Below, one piece after another: positions 9,251 through 18,965 of a stretch of 64,000 nt of DNA (its first letter is position 1; every line of letters begins with the position of its first letter). This DNA comes from a virus. Taxonomy: Duplodnaviria; Caudoviricetes. Made by a program: the position numbers and the translations under genes. The notes beneath the pieces were generated by a model. The model did not search any database. It was given only the letters and a program-made list of their open reading frames with translations, and was not told the DNA's origin. The DNA is taken from IMG/VR virus record IMGVR_UViG_3300032234_000388, positions 64,001 through 128,000 of that record. One strand, 5' to 3'.

Positions 9251-9700
9251 TTAATTAAATGACAAACCTGTTAGTGTACTGTTAGTCACTGTAACGTCAT
9301 TTTCAGCTGTTCCTAGCGCAATACGAATTTCATCTTCAATGTTTTCGTAGCTACCGTCAGCTGAGCTTGATGCTCCAAAACCGTCACCAGTATCTGTTTT
9401 ATTAAGATGTACTAGTGCAATAAATTGATTAGCACCACTTGCTGTAGGAATTCCAACATAATACACTTCGGCTAGATCTTGCAGAGCTGTAACTGCTTTG
9501 TACAAGTTGCTGTTAGCCACTGTTGGAGTGGTAGTAAAATTAATTGTTGCAGAGACAATTTTTAAGGCCTGTAATTGCGGTGTTCCAAATCTTGTGTAAG
9601 GTCCAACACCGGAGGCTCCATCGCCTAATAATCTTCTTGCGTTGGCATCAACATTACCTGATACGCCGCCACCAATTGCTACTCCGTATAAATCAGCCAT
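9251..9700 (-). CDS. Hypothetical protein, probably structural
   Basis: 149 aa, Gly/Ala/Thr-rich, AAGGAG SD, in head gene block. Confidence 0.5.
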   Translation of the reverse strand: MADLYGVAIGGGVSGNVDANARRLLGDGASGVGPYTRFGTPQLQALKIVSATINFTTTPTVANSNLYKAVTALQDLAEVYYVGIPTASGANQFIALVHLNKTDTGDGFGASSSADGSYENIEDEIRIALGTAENDVTVTNSTLTGLSFN

Positions 9701-10380
9701 TATTTTGCTCCTTTAGCTTCTGCTAATCTTTGTTGTAATTCTGCACGAATTTGACTACGTAAGTCTGTTGATTCTGCAGCCATTGCGTTATCACCGCCTG
9801 CTGCTGCTTTGTGCATTGATTTCTTTTTGTGTAGATCGTCGCCGTCACGAATTGCAGCATCCATATCCATAGTTTCTGGTTCGCTATCATCTAATGAATT
9901 ACCAAATGCTTCTTCTTTGTCTTTTTTCTTCTCCATGTCATGATCATCCATGTCATGGTCGCCGTCACCGTCTTGATCAAGACCCTTAATTTCCATGTCT
10001 TTCTCGCCGCCTGGCATATCATCGTTGTCTGCATCTAAATCAGGCAACATCTTTAACGGTGGTAGTTCTGGTTTGATGCTATCAATGCTTGGTCCTGGAC
10101 CAGTTAAACTAGGCATTGGAGGCATACCGCCTTGTGGCTGATTAATCATATCAGGATTAACCTTGGTCATCAACTTCATTAGGCTTTCGATGTTGTCCAT
10201 ACCTTGAGCATTTAGATTAACACTCATTGAAGGATGTGCTGGAGGTGGAGTTTGATCTGCCATTGGAGGAGTCATTCCCATCGGACCGCACTCGTCTACA
10301 TCTGCGGTTGGTGCTGCTATTGTTTCAGTTGTTGGTTGATCTAACTCAACCATCTTTGCTAGTAATTGTTGAAAATCCAT
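9700..10380 (-). CDS. Low-complexity Pro/Met/Asp-rich hypothetical protein (possible scaffold/internal head protein)
   Basis: 226 aa, acidic, appears disordered; head-region context. Confidence 0.45.
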   Translation of the reverse strand: MDFQQLLAKMVELDQPTTETIAAPTADVDECGPMGMTPPMADQTPPPAHPSMSVNLNAQGMDNIESLMKLMTKVNPDMINQPQGGMPPMPSLTGPGPSIDSIKPELPPLKMLPDLDADNDDMPGGEKDMEIKGLDQDGDGDHDMDDHDMEKKKDKEEAFGNSLDDSEPETMDMDAAIRDGDDLHKKKSMHKAAAGGDNAMAAESTDLRSQIRAELQQRLAEAKGAK

Positions 10381-10383
10381 TTA

Positions 10384-10950
10384 TTAACTCCCTAAGGCGC
10401 TCTTAACGCCAGTCTTATCTTGTTTGGCCTTAGGTAGTTTATATTCCCCTTGTCCGCTTTCTTTTTTTTGTTGTTTAGCAGTTTTGCTTAAATCTTTTAA
10501 GAAACCTTTGTTAAAATCATCACCAAAGTAATCTTTGTGTTTGATTTTTGTATTTGCTGCATCAAGATCGTTTTCGTCTAACAGTGCTTCGCCAGTTGGT
10601 TCAGCGGCAGCTAATATCTGCTCTTGTTCGCTAGGTTCATTTGCGCCGCGCACTCTAAAGCAAGCTTCGTCGATACCCATGTTTTTAACTTCTACTGTAA
10701 TTTCAGGACTAGTAACTGGATATTCGCAGATAACTTCAAACACTGTAACTTCCATGTTAGTCAGTTCTGGGAAATCTAGTGGGCTTTCTTGTATTGGTGT
10801 TGTGGTTAATTTTTTAACAGTCATTACACCGCAGCGGCCCAACCGTGCAGTTAGTCCTTCTTGAAATTTCTCAGGAAGTTCGCCAGCAACTTTTACCTTA
10901 AAGCTATAGACTTTTTTGCTTTCGGTAAGATATTCTTTAAAAGTTTTCAT
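10384..10950 (-). CDS. Putative internal head protein
   Basis: N-terminus MKTFKEYLTE resembles the T4 capsid-targeting sequence MKTYQEFIAE. Confidence 0.5.
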   Translation of the reverse strand: MKTFKEYLTESKKVYSFKVKVAGELPEKFQEGLTARLGRCGVMTVKKLTTTPIQESPLDFPELTNMEVTVFEVICEYPVTSPEITVEVKNMGIDEACFRVRGANEPSEQEQILAAAEPTGEALLDENDLDAANTKIKHKDYFGDDFNKGFLKDLSKTAKQQKKESGQGEYKLPKAKQDKTGVKSALGS

Positions 10951-10958
10951 AGTAATAT

Positions 10959-11441
10959 TTAGTCCTTTTGCCCTAATTTTTTAAGTAGCTCATTACGGTC
11001 AGTAATTACGTAACCCTGCCCATTGATAACATCGTTAGGGTCATCGTTAGAATCTTTGTCAATTTTTAACTTCTTAAGTTGTAAATCAACTGCTTTGAGT
11101 TTTTTGTCAATTTTGGCAGTTTTAGCTGCAATAGCATTGCCCATCATAGAGCTTGCTACTTCAAAAATACGTCCGCTGTAGCGAACTTCTACGTTCATAC
11201 CTAGATCCATTAGATCGTCATAGGCCTGTTCAGCTTTGGTAGCTAAGTGATCTAATTCTCGATCGTCTAATTCGTCCAATTCTTTAATCTGCGGCAGTCC
11301 GCGGGTAATTTCTTGAACTGCACGATATTGATCGTCGATACTGCGAACTTCCTGATGTACGGGTACTTTTACAGGTTCGGGAGCAGGTTCTACTGTTTCG
11401 GTAGTGTCTAAATTGAACAGTTCTTCTAGTTTTTTAGTCAT
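10959..11441 (-). CDS. gp16: Probable terminase small subunit (gp16-like)
   Basis: About 160 aa from ATG 11441 (MTKKLEELF); helical core GRIFEVASSMMG, coiled coil, C-terminal VITDRNELLKKL; near gp17. Confidence 0.55.
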   Translation of the reverse strand: MTKKLEELFNLDTTETVEPAPEPVKVPVHQEVRSIDDQYRAVQEITRGLPQIKELDELDDRELDHLATKAEQAYDDLMDLGMNVEVRYSGRIFEVASSMMGNAIAAKTAKIDKKLKAVDLQLKKLKIDKDSNDDPNDVINGQGYVITDRNELLKKLGQKD

Positions 11442-11448
11442 ACTGTAC

Positions 11449-11886
11449 TTATTTCCGTTTGCCACCTTGGTGGAAAATATCGCCTTCGTTTACTATGCGA
11501 AATTTAATACCCTGCTGCTTGCACCAGGCGCCCGCAGCTTCCCATTTAGCTAGATTTTTAACATACTGTTCTTGATTGTATCGGCTTTTGCCCACACTTT
11601 CTAATTTGGTTTGACTTAACGGTTTTACTTCTACAACTTCTGCATGCTTACTTTGATTCTTGTCTATGTATACTACAAAAAAGTCTGGTACATAGATTGT
11701 ACTCTTACCAGTTAAGGGATCACGATAGGGAATCTGTATACTTTCACTAGCCCAACTCTGTACTCCGGGATGTTCGTCTAACATACGCATGAAAACAAAT
11801 TCCCACGAACTTCGAGCCAGCGGCATTTTCTTTCCTACATACTTGGCAGGATTTTTCATTTCAAATTTACCCTGTGCAAATTTCAT
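11449..11886 (-). CDS. gp4: Head completion nuclease (T4 gp4-like, TnsA-type PD-(D/E)xK)
   Basis: NPAKYVG...RSSWE...WASE...IPY...YVPDF...EVKP...N.AKWEAA. Confidence 0.9.
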   Translation of the reverse strand: MKFAQGKFEMKNPAKYVGKKMPLARSSWEFVFMRMLDEHPGVQSWASESIQIPYRDPLTGKSTIYVPDFFVVYIDKNQSKHAEVVEVKPLSQTKLESVGKSRYNQEQYVKNLAKWEAAGAWCKQQGIKFRIVNEGDIFHQGGKRK

Positions 11887-11888
11887 AG

Positions 11889-12254
11889 TTAGGCCGCAAT
11901 GTTTCGTATTTGATTGGGTTTTACGTCTGTGGTTTTGTATCCTAGTATAGAAGTAGGAACACGATTGTTGTTAAGAATTTCACTTACCACTTGACTAAGT
12001 TGTGATCCAGTGAATGATTGTAGACTGTCTAGAATTTGACCGATTGGCGTGCCGTCTATTTTTGCTTGCCGTAGCAGAGTCATACTCACTGTAATAGCTG
12101 CGTCACCATCAAAACCTTTAGATTCAAAAAAGGCCTGTGTGTAATTAACATCGTTGGCATTGAACTCTAGTGCAGCTTCACCGTAGGATCCAAAATATAA
12201 TTTTGTACCGGCAGCACTGTCTTCAATCGGTTGGCTTGGTAAATTAGTTGCCAT
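11889..12254 (-). CDS. Hypothetical protein
   Basis: 121 aa ORF between tail and head genes. Confidence 0.55.
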   Translation of the reverse strand: MATNLPSQPIEDSAAGTKLYFGSYGEAALEFNANDVNYTQAFFESKGFDGDAAITVSMTLLRQAKIDGTPIGQILDSLQSFTGSQLSQVVSEILNNNRVPTSILGYKTTDVKPNQIRNIAA

Positions 12255-12255
12255 C

Positions 12256-13335
12256 TTAATCTCCGCCTAGTAAATTCCGTCGTACACCGGTAGTGGTTGG
12301 TTCGGTAGATGCACTTTTTGGAAACACGCTGCCTACAACTCCGCCTACGGTTGAAATTGCTGTGCCAATGTTTCGAGGATTGCTAAGAATATTAATAGCT
12401 TCTGATTTCAGCTGTGCTGACGACAGCTGTCTAACATTTTTATAGGTATTAATAGCACCAATGGCTGTGCCTAGGAATCCACCAACACTATCAAAAGCTA
12501 CTCCCGATCCAATACTTCCAAATATTTGTTCAATGCCGTCAAGTACACCGCCATCGCCTGTGAGTGTTGCTACTCCTCCGCCTGCTACGGAGATAGGACT
12601 TGGCACTGAATCGTAGTGCAGAGTGGCAAATCCTTTGGGATTATTATAACGAACCTGTCCTGCAGAATATTTTACTGCTTCGTATTCTAGACTCATGGTG
12701 TTGTCATTAAACTCTGAAGCAGCATAGTCCATGCTGCCGTGACTCCACGATTTGATTCTTGGATTGATCAGTGTGTATCCTAGGAATCGTCTACGACTCA
12801 TGGTATAGATACTCACACTTTTAAAGAAAGGCTCAGTGATGTCATTATCCATACCGTATCTAAAATTGTCTTTGACTGTTTTAGTTGGACGTAGATGATT
12901 GGCTTCATAAGCTGCCATTGGATTTTGTCTGTCGCCGATATAGTAGCCATAATAGATGGCCCACATAGCGTTGATTACTCCTGCAGCATCGTCGTGAAAG
13001 GTAAGATTCACTGGATCATAATTGATCTGTTTGTAAATTATTTTTTTTCTGTTGTATTGATTCTTAACCACAGAGTCAAACGAGTATTTAGGTAAGTCTG
13101 CAGCTTTGACTAATAGTCCTATTTCTTCTGCATGATTGTTTACAAAAGAAGGTGATCTAATAGCAAACTTGTTAAGCTCAAATCTCACATAATAGTTAAA
13201 TTTGGTGCGAGGCGCTAGCCTCATGCCGTTATCTATGAACAGTCGAGTAGCGTGTTGCCAATTGGCATGTTGCCCTTTGGGATTTAGTACTCCCTCTGCG
13301 ACACCGGTTAGAAACCTTGTAAAATATTTGGACAT
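12256..13335 (-). CDS. Tail-tube-like baseplate/tube initiator protein (gp54/gp48-like)
   Basis: LVKAADLPKYSF...NQYNRKK...YDPVNLTFHDD tube-fold signature; adjacent to tail tube gene. Confidence 0.6.
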   Translation of the reverse strand: MSKYFTRFLTGVAEGVLNPKGQHANWQHATRLFIDNGMRLAPRTKFNYYVRFELNKFAIRSPSFVNNHAEEIGLLVKAADLPKYSFDSVVKNQYNRKKIIYKQINYDPVNLTFHDDAAGVINAMWAIYYGYYIGDRQNPMAAYEANHLRPTKTVKDNFRYGMDNDITEPFFKSVSIYTMSRRRFLGYTLINPRIKSWSHGSMDYAASEFNDNTMSLEYEAVKYSAGQVRYNNPKGFATLHYDSVPSPISVAGGGVATLTGDGGVLDGIEQIFGSIGSGVAFDSVGGFLGTAIGAINTYKNVRQLSSAQLKSEAINILSNPRNIGTAISTVGGVVGSVFPKSASTEPTTTGVRRNLLGGD

Positions 13336-13352
13336 AATAATATTTATGTCAC

Positions 13353-13380
13353 AAAAAAAGCTCGAATAAATCGAGCTTTT
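13353..13380 (-). terminator. Intrinsic terminator after tail tube gene
   Basis: AAAAGCTCGA/TCGAGCTTTT stem with T-tract. Confidence 0.8.
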
Positions 13381-13397
13381 CTTGAGTACAAGTTTAA

Positions 13398-14048
13398 TTA
13401 CCCTTGTGTTGTTGAAGCACCAGTTACAGCTGACCCAAGTGTACGGCCTACTGCTGCACCAATACCACCAATTGGGCTAGTTGCTGCGGAACCTGCTGCA
13501 AACTGTACCAAGTTATCGTAGGCCATTGTTAGTGCAACGGTCATGTGTTCGTTGGTAGCGTAGTTGGCATCACCGTAGTCTACGTTTTGTAGGAAACAGC
13601 CATACAGTTCAAATGTTTCTAGTGTTTCTGGAACCAATGTACCGTTGCCACCGTCTAATACTTCAATACGCATAGTAAACTTATAGTCAATACCTGAACG
13701 AGCGGATGCCTGTTCCATAAAGTCATATTGCTTCTGGATCTGTTGACCAACTAGTTTCTGTACTTGACCGCTGGCATCATCACGTAGTGTTAACGTTACG
13801 TTTTCTAGTGTGTACTTACCAGCAAGTTTTACTTTAGAGTTATAAACATCCAGTGTCATTTCTTCAAATGAAACTTTTGGTCTAGTAACTTCTTGAACCT
13901 GTTTGGTAAGTTCAGTTGCTGCGGCAACTCCAAACCCTAACAATGTGACCCTAAAGCGATATTTTAACTTAGGCATCAGCAGCACTTGCGTGCTGCCTGC
14001 TGTGTTTTGAGTTGGAATTCCTAGGTTGTTAAGCGATGTAATTGCCAT
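13398..14048 (-). CDS. gp19: Tail tube protein (gp19-like)
   Basis: YRFRV...VTRPKVSFEE...LAGK...TLTLRDD...FELYGCF...YGDANY...LTMAYD; directly after sheath. Confidence 0.85.
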   Translation of the reverse strand: MAITSLNNLGIPTQNTAGSTQVLLMPKLKYRFRVTLLGFGVAAATELTKQVQEVTRPKVSFEEMTLDVYNSKVKLAGKYTLENVTLTLRDDASGQVQKLVGQQIQKQYDFMEQASARSGIDYKFTMRIEVLDGGNGTLVPETLETFELYGCFLQNVDYGDANYATNEHMTVALTMAYDNLVQFAAGSAATSPIGGIGAAVGRTLGSAVTGASTTQG

Positions 14049-14050
14049 TT

Positions 14051-17000
14051 TTAAATTTCTCCTGTGTTCTTGACACGCAATGGAATGTAAATGAACTCAA
14101 CTGCCTTAACAGGTTCAATCGCAATGTCAACATATAATTCGTTACGATCGATTCTTGCAGGAGTATTGTTGCTTTCATCACAAACAACCGCAAAGTCGTA
14201 TAGTGCTCGTAGACCTACTAATTCAAGCAATAGACTTTCAACTGCCTGTTTAATTTCGTCACGTGTGATCTTATCATTAGGTTCAAAGATGTATGGACGA
14301 GCAAGTTTGTTTAGCTGACTGCGTAGATATACTACCAAACGTGCTACGTTGATGCGATCTAATGCTGATGCATTTCTTGCACGAGTCTTTTGACCATAAG
14401 CAACTAAACCAACACCGTTAAAGAATGGAATTGGATTAACTTTTAGATCATAAAGTGTATCACGTTGACCTTCGTTTAATGCCACTGTTTGGAACTCACC
14501 GCTTAATGCATCAATATAACCAACTGCTGTTGCATTAGTAATACCACCACGACGTGTTCCTGCAGGAGCAAACCAAGGATAACTTACGTTGTCACTTAGT
14601 GTAATTGTTTTCAACATCATGTGTGATGCTGGAACAACTGCTGATGCACCGCTTAGGTCAGTTGTAAATCCGTTTGGATAGTAAACTGCTGCATATTCGT
14701 CAAATGTAACAATACCATCATCACTGTTGTCTGTGACTAGATTAGCGTTGGTACCCCATGTGGTTAAACTTGTAGCATCACTGGCCAAACGCAATGGTGT
14801 GTCACCAATAACAAACGCTGTAACACCGCGGTCGATGTTTAGATTAACTAGATTGCTTAGTAGCTCTGGGTATCCGGGAGCAGCAATCAAATTAAAGTTG
14901 CGACGCTCTTCATCACGGATTTCTGAACTTGTATCAACCACACTCTTCAATGCCTGCACAACAACCTTACGTTGTGCATGACGACCAAATGTTCCTGAAC
15001 CGTCTTCGTTATTGCCTGAAGCAGTTACCCAACGATCTGTCCAGTACGATGCCATTGATTGGCCTTGACCGCTAACAAATGCATTTCCTGCTAATGTACC
15101 TACGCTTGTTCTTGGATTCTGAACAGTAGTATCAATATATCCATTAGCATATTGTTTGACATTTCCGCCGCTTCGACGTAAATTCCATAACAACATACCC
15201 TTTGGATATAGTGCTGGATCTGGTGCATCTGGGTCTAAGAAGTTGTTAACTAACAAATCAGCAATAGTTGATTCTGTAGTTGAAGTGCCAGCAGTATTCC
15301 AGCGAGCATCTGCAAATAATACTCCATCTTCTGTGGTTTGATCTGACTTATCAACTAATTCCCAGCGTTGTTCTACATCGGCAATATCTGTTAAATTACT
15401 GTTGTATCTATAGATAGTTGGGAAATTTTCCATGTCAGCAGTGCTAATCCACAAATCGCCAGTTTGAGTTTTTACACCAACATCACCGCTTACATAAGGA
15501 TTTGAAGCTGCAACGATAGGAGCATAATTTGCTCTTGTTGTAGCAGCATCAAAGAATGGTGCCGTGGAATGTCTGTAGCCTACCCAAGTATTACCATTAT
15601 GAACCATGATATCTACTTCGGAGTAGTTTTGGTTAAACCATAACTGTCCATCAAGCGGTTCATTTAATGGTGCATCTGGTGATGCTGCAAATCTTGGATC
15701 TGTGGCTGCTAATGGTTTCCATCCGGACGCCAAATAAGCATAAGCTGCTGCAGCGGGTGCGGAGTAAAAGTTTTCAGTGCCTGTACGTGAATTTAAATTG
15801 TAGGCTGTAAAAATATCAGCAATTGCTGTACCTACAGTATTAGATAGTGTAAAATCTCCACCAAGTTTATGTGAAATAGTTAATCTGTTTGATTCAGACC
15901 CAGGAGTAACACTAACTGCGGTTACAGAAGCTACAATATTAGTAAATCCTGCTGCATTGATTCGTGCTGCAATTGTGTCGGCATCAGTAGCATTGCCTGC
16001 GGCTGTAAATGTAATAGATCTTGCAGTGTCTAATGCAAGCGCACCTTTCAGCGATTCTGCTAAAGTAAATGTTTTAGAACCAGGAGATATAGTACCACTC
16101 TTGATAAGATTAGAAGTAATGCTAGTAGCAGCACTAGCAGCAACATTTCTATACCATACACGGAAAGTAGCTGTTGTTGGCGAATCATCAAATCCAGAAG
16201 TTTCAGTAGCATTGCTCTGCACAAACACTGCATTTTCGCCGATGTTTGCTCCGCCGCCGCTGCGATCTAAATAAAATAATGCCGCTGAAGTTGTATTGTA
16301 AATAGGAGCATCGGACCTTACCCAAGATAATGTGGCTGAACTCCAACGTTTAGCACTCCAACGAGCTCCGTTATTTGGCTCAGTAGTCTTGATCCATACA
16401 GACCCTGTTGGTGCACCAGCAGTTCCAGAATTATCTGTAATTTTATATGTTGGTACACTTGTGTGTGGGCTTTGTTGCAGTCTTGGTGCTAGATATGTTC
16501 CTGCAAAAGATGTTGTACCGCTAACCCATGATCCAGTTCCGTTAGTTAGAGTTACGTTGCCTTGACCGGCTGTGCTATCTTGCGTATCAGAAGTGTAACC
16601 ATCTGAATAAATGTATAATATATTACCAACTGCTTGAGCGGTAATACCATCAATTGCAGTTTGACGAATACGAAGAGCAATGTCGGCTGCTGTTGCATTA
16701 CTAAATGCCGCGCCTAGTTGAACATTATTGATTTCTAATGTTCCAGATATAGTAGCTGAAATAGTGCGCGAAACTACTGCATGACTTGCTTTCCATTCTG
16801 GGGAACCAACTAATACCCACTGGCCTGCTGCAACTGCAGTTCCGCCGCCTGCAGCATTGCCGTTGCCTGCAGATTTATAATAGATTCTAGCATATTCTTC
16901 TTCTGCACCAAAAATGGTATCGCCTTCTACAGTTTGGAACACAACGGCATAGTCGCCGATCTGGCCTACAGATGCCTTTGGAGCATTGTTTTCGATCTTA

Positions 17001-17530
17001 GATGGAAAATCTGCGTCTGTTAATACTAAAGGTATCTTGTGAGTAAACTTTTGTCCGCCCACAGTATCGGCTGCTTGACCGTTCCATTCTTGGATACCCC
17101 AGAGAGTTGCTTGGGTGTCAATCCACCATTGGCCGTTTGTAGGATTAGCACCCGGAGCGTCTGCCTGTGCTTGTAGTTGATCTAGATCAATATCTGCACG
17201 TACAATAAATGCTGCGTTGCTGACTCCTAGCAGGCTGTATGCTGCTAACAGTCCGTATTCGTTTCTTTCTGATCCATGAATTGGTGTAGAACTTGCTGTC
17301 TGTTCAAAGAACGGTACACCAAATAAATCCACTAGATCTCGTTGGCTGGTTAATTTAAATGCCTTGCCAGCGTTGGCTTTAGTAGTTGCGGATGCTGTGC
17401 CTGTGCCAGCCCCGTTTGTTTTGTCTTGCGCAGTTGCTACAACGATAAGAGGAGTTGTACCAGGTTCAGCTGGTGTATAAAAACTCTCGTCGATTACCGT
17501 AACTTGTACGCCTGGTGATTGTAGTGCCAT
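14051..17530 (-). CDS. gp18: Contractile tail sheath protein (gp18-like), enlarged
   Basis: N-terminal SPGVQVTVIDES; C-terminal PWFAPAGTRRG, LYDLKVNPI, GQKT, DRINVARL, FEPND, VCDESNNT, IEPVKAVEFIYI. Confidence 0.95.
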   Translation of the reverse strand: MALQSPGVQVTVIDESFYTPAEPGTTPLIVVATAQDKTNGAGTGTASATTKANAGKAFKLTSQRDLVDLFGVPFFEQTASSTPIHGSERNEYGLLAAYSLLGVSNAAFIVRADIDLDQLQAQADAPGANPTNGQWWIDTQATLWGIQEWNGQAADTVGGQKFTHKIPLVLTDADFPSKIENNAPKASVGQIGDYAVVFQTVEGDTIFGAEEEYARIYYKSAGNGNAAGGGTAVAAGQWVLVGSPEWKASHAVVSRTISATISGTLEINNVQLGAAFSNATAADIALRIRQTAIDGITAQAVGNILYIYSDGYTSDTQDSTAGQGNVTLTNGTGSWVSGTTSFAGTYLAPRLQQSPHTSVPTYKITDNSGTAGAPTGSVWIKTTEPNNGARWSAKRWSSATLSWVRSDAPIYNTTSAALFYLDRSGGGANIGENAVFVQSNATETSGFDDSPTTATFRVWYRNVAASAATSITSNLIKSGTISPGSKTFTLAESLKGALALDTARSITFTAAGNATDADTIAARINAAGFTNIVASVTAVSVTPGSESNRLTISHKLGGDFTLSNTVGTAIADIFTAYNLNSRTGTENFYSAPAAAAYAYLASGWKPLAATDPRFAASPDAPLNEPLDGQLWFNQNYSEVDIMVHNGNTWVGYRHSTAPFFDAATTRANYAPIVAASNPYVSGDVGVKTQTGDLWISTADMENFPTIYRYNSNLTDIADVEQRWELVDKSDQTTEDGVLFADARWNTAGTSTTESTIADLLVNNFLDPDAPDPALYPKGMLLWNLRRSGGNVKQYANGYIDTTVQNPRTSVGTLAGNAFVSGQGQSMASYWTDRWVTASGNNEDGSGTFGRHAQRKVVVQALKSVVDTSSEIRDEERRNFNLIAAPGYPELLSNLVNLNIDRGVTAFVIGDTPLRLASDATSLTTWGTNANLVTDNSDDGIVTFDEYAAVYYPNGFTTDLSGASAVVPASHMMLKTITLSDNVSYPWFAPAGTRRGGITNATAVGYIDALSGEFQTVALNEGQRDTLYDLKVNPIPFFNGVGLVAYGQKTRARNASALDRINVARLVVYLRSQLNKLARPYIFEPNDKITRDEIKQAVESLLLELVGLRALYDFAVVCDESNNTPARIDRNELYVDIAIEPVKAVEFIYIPLRVKNTGEI

Positions 17531-17561
17531 CCCATTTTCTCCTGGTAATAGTTGCTCATAT

Positions 17562-17567
17562 TATTTA
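17562..17567 (-). promoter_or_regulatory. Late-promoter-like TAAATA box for sheath/tube operon
   Basis: TAAATA about 31 nt upstream of ATG 17530, with AGGAGA SD in between. Confidence 0.6.
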
Positions 17568-17634
17568 GCGGGTTAGACTAAAATTGGGCAGTTATAACAC
17601 TAGATAAAGGGGGCAAAAAGGTGTAAATATTAAT

Positions 17635-17970
17635 ATGAGACCGCTTTGCAAATGCGGACAGCGACCCTGTGCTGTCAACTATAAAAAGAATGATAAAATC
17701 TACTATCGTAGGCTTTGCGAGATATGCATGGCTAATGGTTTATATCACGGTATAGCTCGATGGCAGCGAGCTGGTTATCGCCTAAAATCGCAGTGTGAAA
17801 AATGCGGACATCGTAGCCCACATCTCGAAGTGTTTAGGGTATTCCATGTGGACGGCAATCTAGATAACTGCCGTCCTACTAATCTAAAAACAGTGTGTTG
17901 TAATTGTGCTCAGGTATTAGGCAAGGAGGGTATTGCTTGGCGCCAGGGTGATTTGATCGCTGATTACTAG
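17635..17970 (+). CDS. Zn-finger/HNH-like small protein
   Basis: CKC..RPC, CEIC, CEKC, HVDGNLDN...NLKTVCCNC; TAAATA 5 nt upstream of ATG. Confidence 0.7.
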   Translation: MRPLCKCGQRPCAVNYKKNDKIYYRRLCEICMANGLYHGIARWQRAGYRLKSQCEKCGHRSPHLEVFRVFHVDGNLDNCRPTNLKTVCCNCAQVLGKEGIAWRQGDLIADY

Positions 17971-18573
17971 AGTCTGCGCCTGTTGATATAGTGCATCTAT
18001 AGTGCTGTTGTTATCAATAACTGCATCAAACTTTGTGCCTACCCAAGCAGTTTCTGAAGCGTGAATTTTTAAACGCTTTAGATCGTTTAGAGCCACATTA
18101 CTACCGCGATTAGCATCTATTGCTGTTTGATACCACTCGGGTAATTCGCCACGCTGTACCCAAACTATTTGTCCGCCCGCATTTTTAATAGAGCTAATTT
18201 CATTAGGGAAACGGCAATCTGATATAACCACGTGATCTTTACTATTGCGGAGTTTATTTTCTAAGCTAGCAATCCAAATATCGTCGTGAAATGCCTTACG
18301 ACAGACTTCTGTGCCCCAATACTGTAAAACCCATCTAGGAGTTAATGTAGGCATATCGAGTCTAGCAGCCCACCACGGATCAACTTGCTCTCGCCACTCA
18401 CGGGCTTCTTTGGTACGACCTTCCAGCATAGTTCTGTCCCACCCAAACACGGCTGCAACTGCATCCTTTAAAGTTGATGCAAAACTTTCTCTACGAAATT
18501 CATGAAAATTTACTAGATAGTCAGCGATAGTATCTTTGCCGCTGCCAATAAATCCGCATACACCTATAATCAT
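17917..18573 (-). CDS. Deoxynucleoside monophosphate kinase (T4 gp1-like)
   Basis: GFIGSGKDT P-loop, FASTLKD, TPRWVLQYWGTE, ISDCRFPNE, HASE; start ATG 18573 with GGAGG SD. Confidence 0.92.
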   Translation of the reverse strand: MIIGVCGFIGSGKDTIADYLVNFHEFRRESFASTLKDAVAAVFGWDRTMLEGRTKEAREWREQVDPWWAARLDMPTLTPRWVLQYWGTEVCRKAFHDDIWIASLENKLRNSKDHVVISDCRFPNEISSIKNAGGQIVWVQRGELPEWYQTAIDANRGSNVALNDLKRLKIHASETAWVGTKFDAVIDNNSTIDALYQQAQTLVISDQITLAPSNTLLA

Positions 18574-18593
18574 AACATCCTCCAATTAAAGAT

Positions 18594-18622
18594 ATTATAC
18601 AATAGATTTTTTAGATTGTCAA
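18594..18622 (-). promoter_or_regulatory. Consensus sigma70 (early-type) promoter for dNMP kinase
   Basis: TTGACA (18617-18622), 17 nt, TATAAT (18594-18599). Confidence 0.85.
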
Positions 18623-18625
18623 ACT

Positions 18626-18961
18626 TTAATAATAAGGTTTTGGTGTTTTTGGCTTACCAGGATTGTTCAGCTTGTTGGCCAACACACTGGCAGTATTAAT
18701 CGACTTAGTACGATCCGTTCTCCGCGCGGCCTGTGTTTTAGTACGAGCGCGAGTAGTTTTCATTTTCTGTGATTTGGCTTGATTTACAGGTTGATGACAC
18801 TTTGAAGGATGACTTACTTGACGACTTTTTCTTGGTCCGCTAGTACAACGAAATTTTAATTTAGCAGTTCCGCTGCGAGCAGTTTTTTTACCAACACCCC
18901 ACACCATTTTGGCTTCGTAGTATTGTTCGTCGGACTCAAATATAAATTCTGATGCTCGCAT
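18626..18961 (-). CDS. Small very basic protein (possible DNA-binding internal protein)
   Basis: Likely start MRASEFIFE at 18961; K/R-rich. Confidence 0.55.
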   Translation of the reverse strand: MRASEFIFESDEQYYEAKMVWGVGKKTARSGTAKLKFRCTSGPRKSRQVSHPSKCHQPVNQAKSQKMKTTRARTKTQAARRTDRTKSINTASVLANKLNNPGKPKTPKPYY

Positions 18962-18965
18962 TTTA

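Noticed and set aside
11449-11886. TnsA-like endonuclease as a Tn7 transposon
   Set aside because: Matches the T4 gp4 head-completion family in a morphogenesis block; no other transposition genes.
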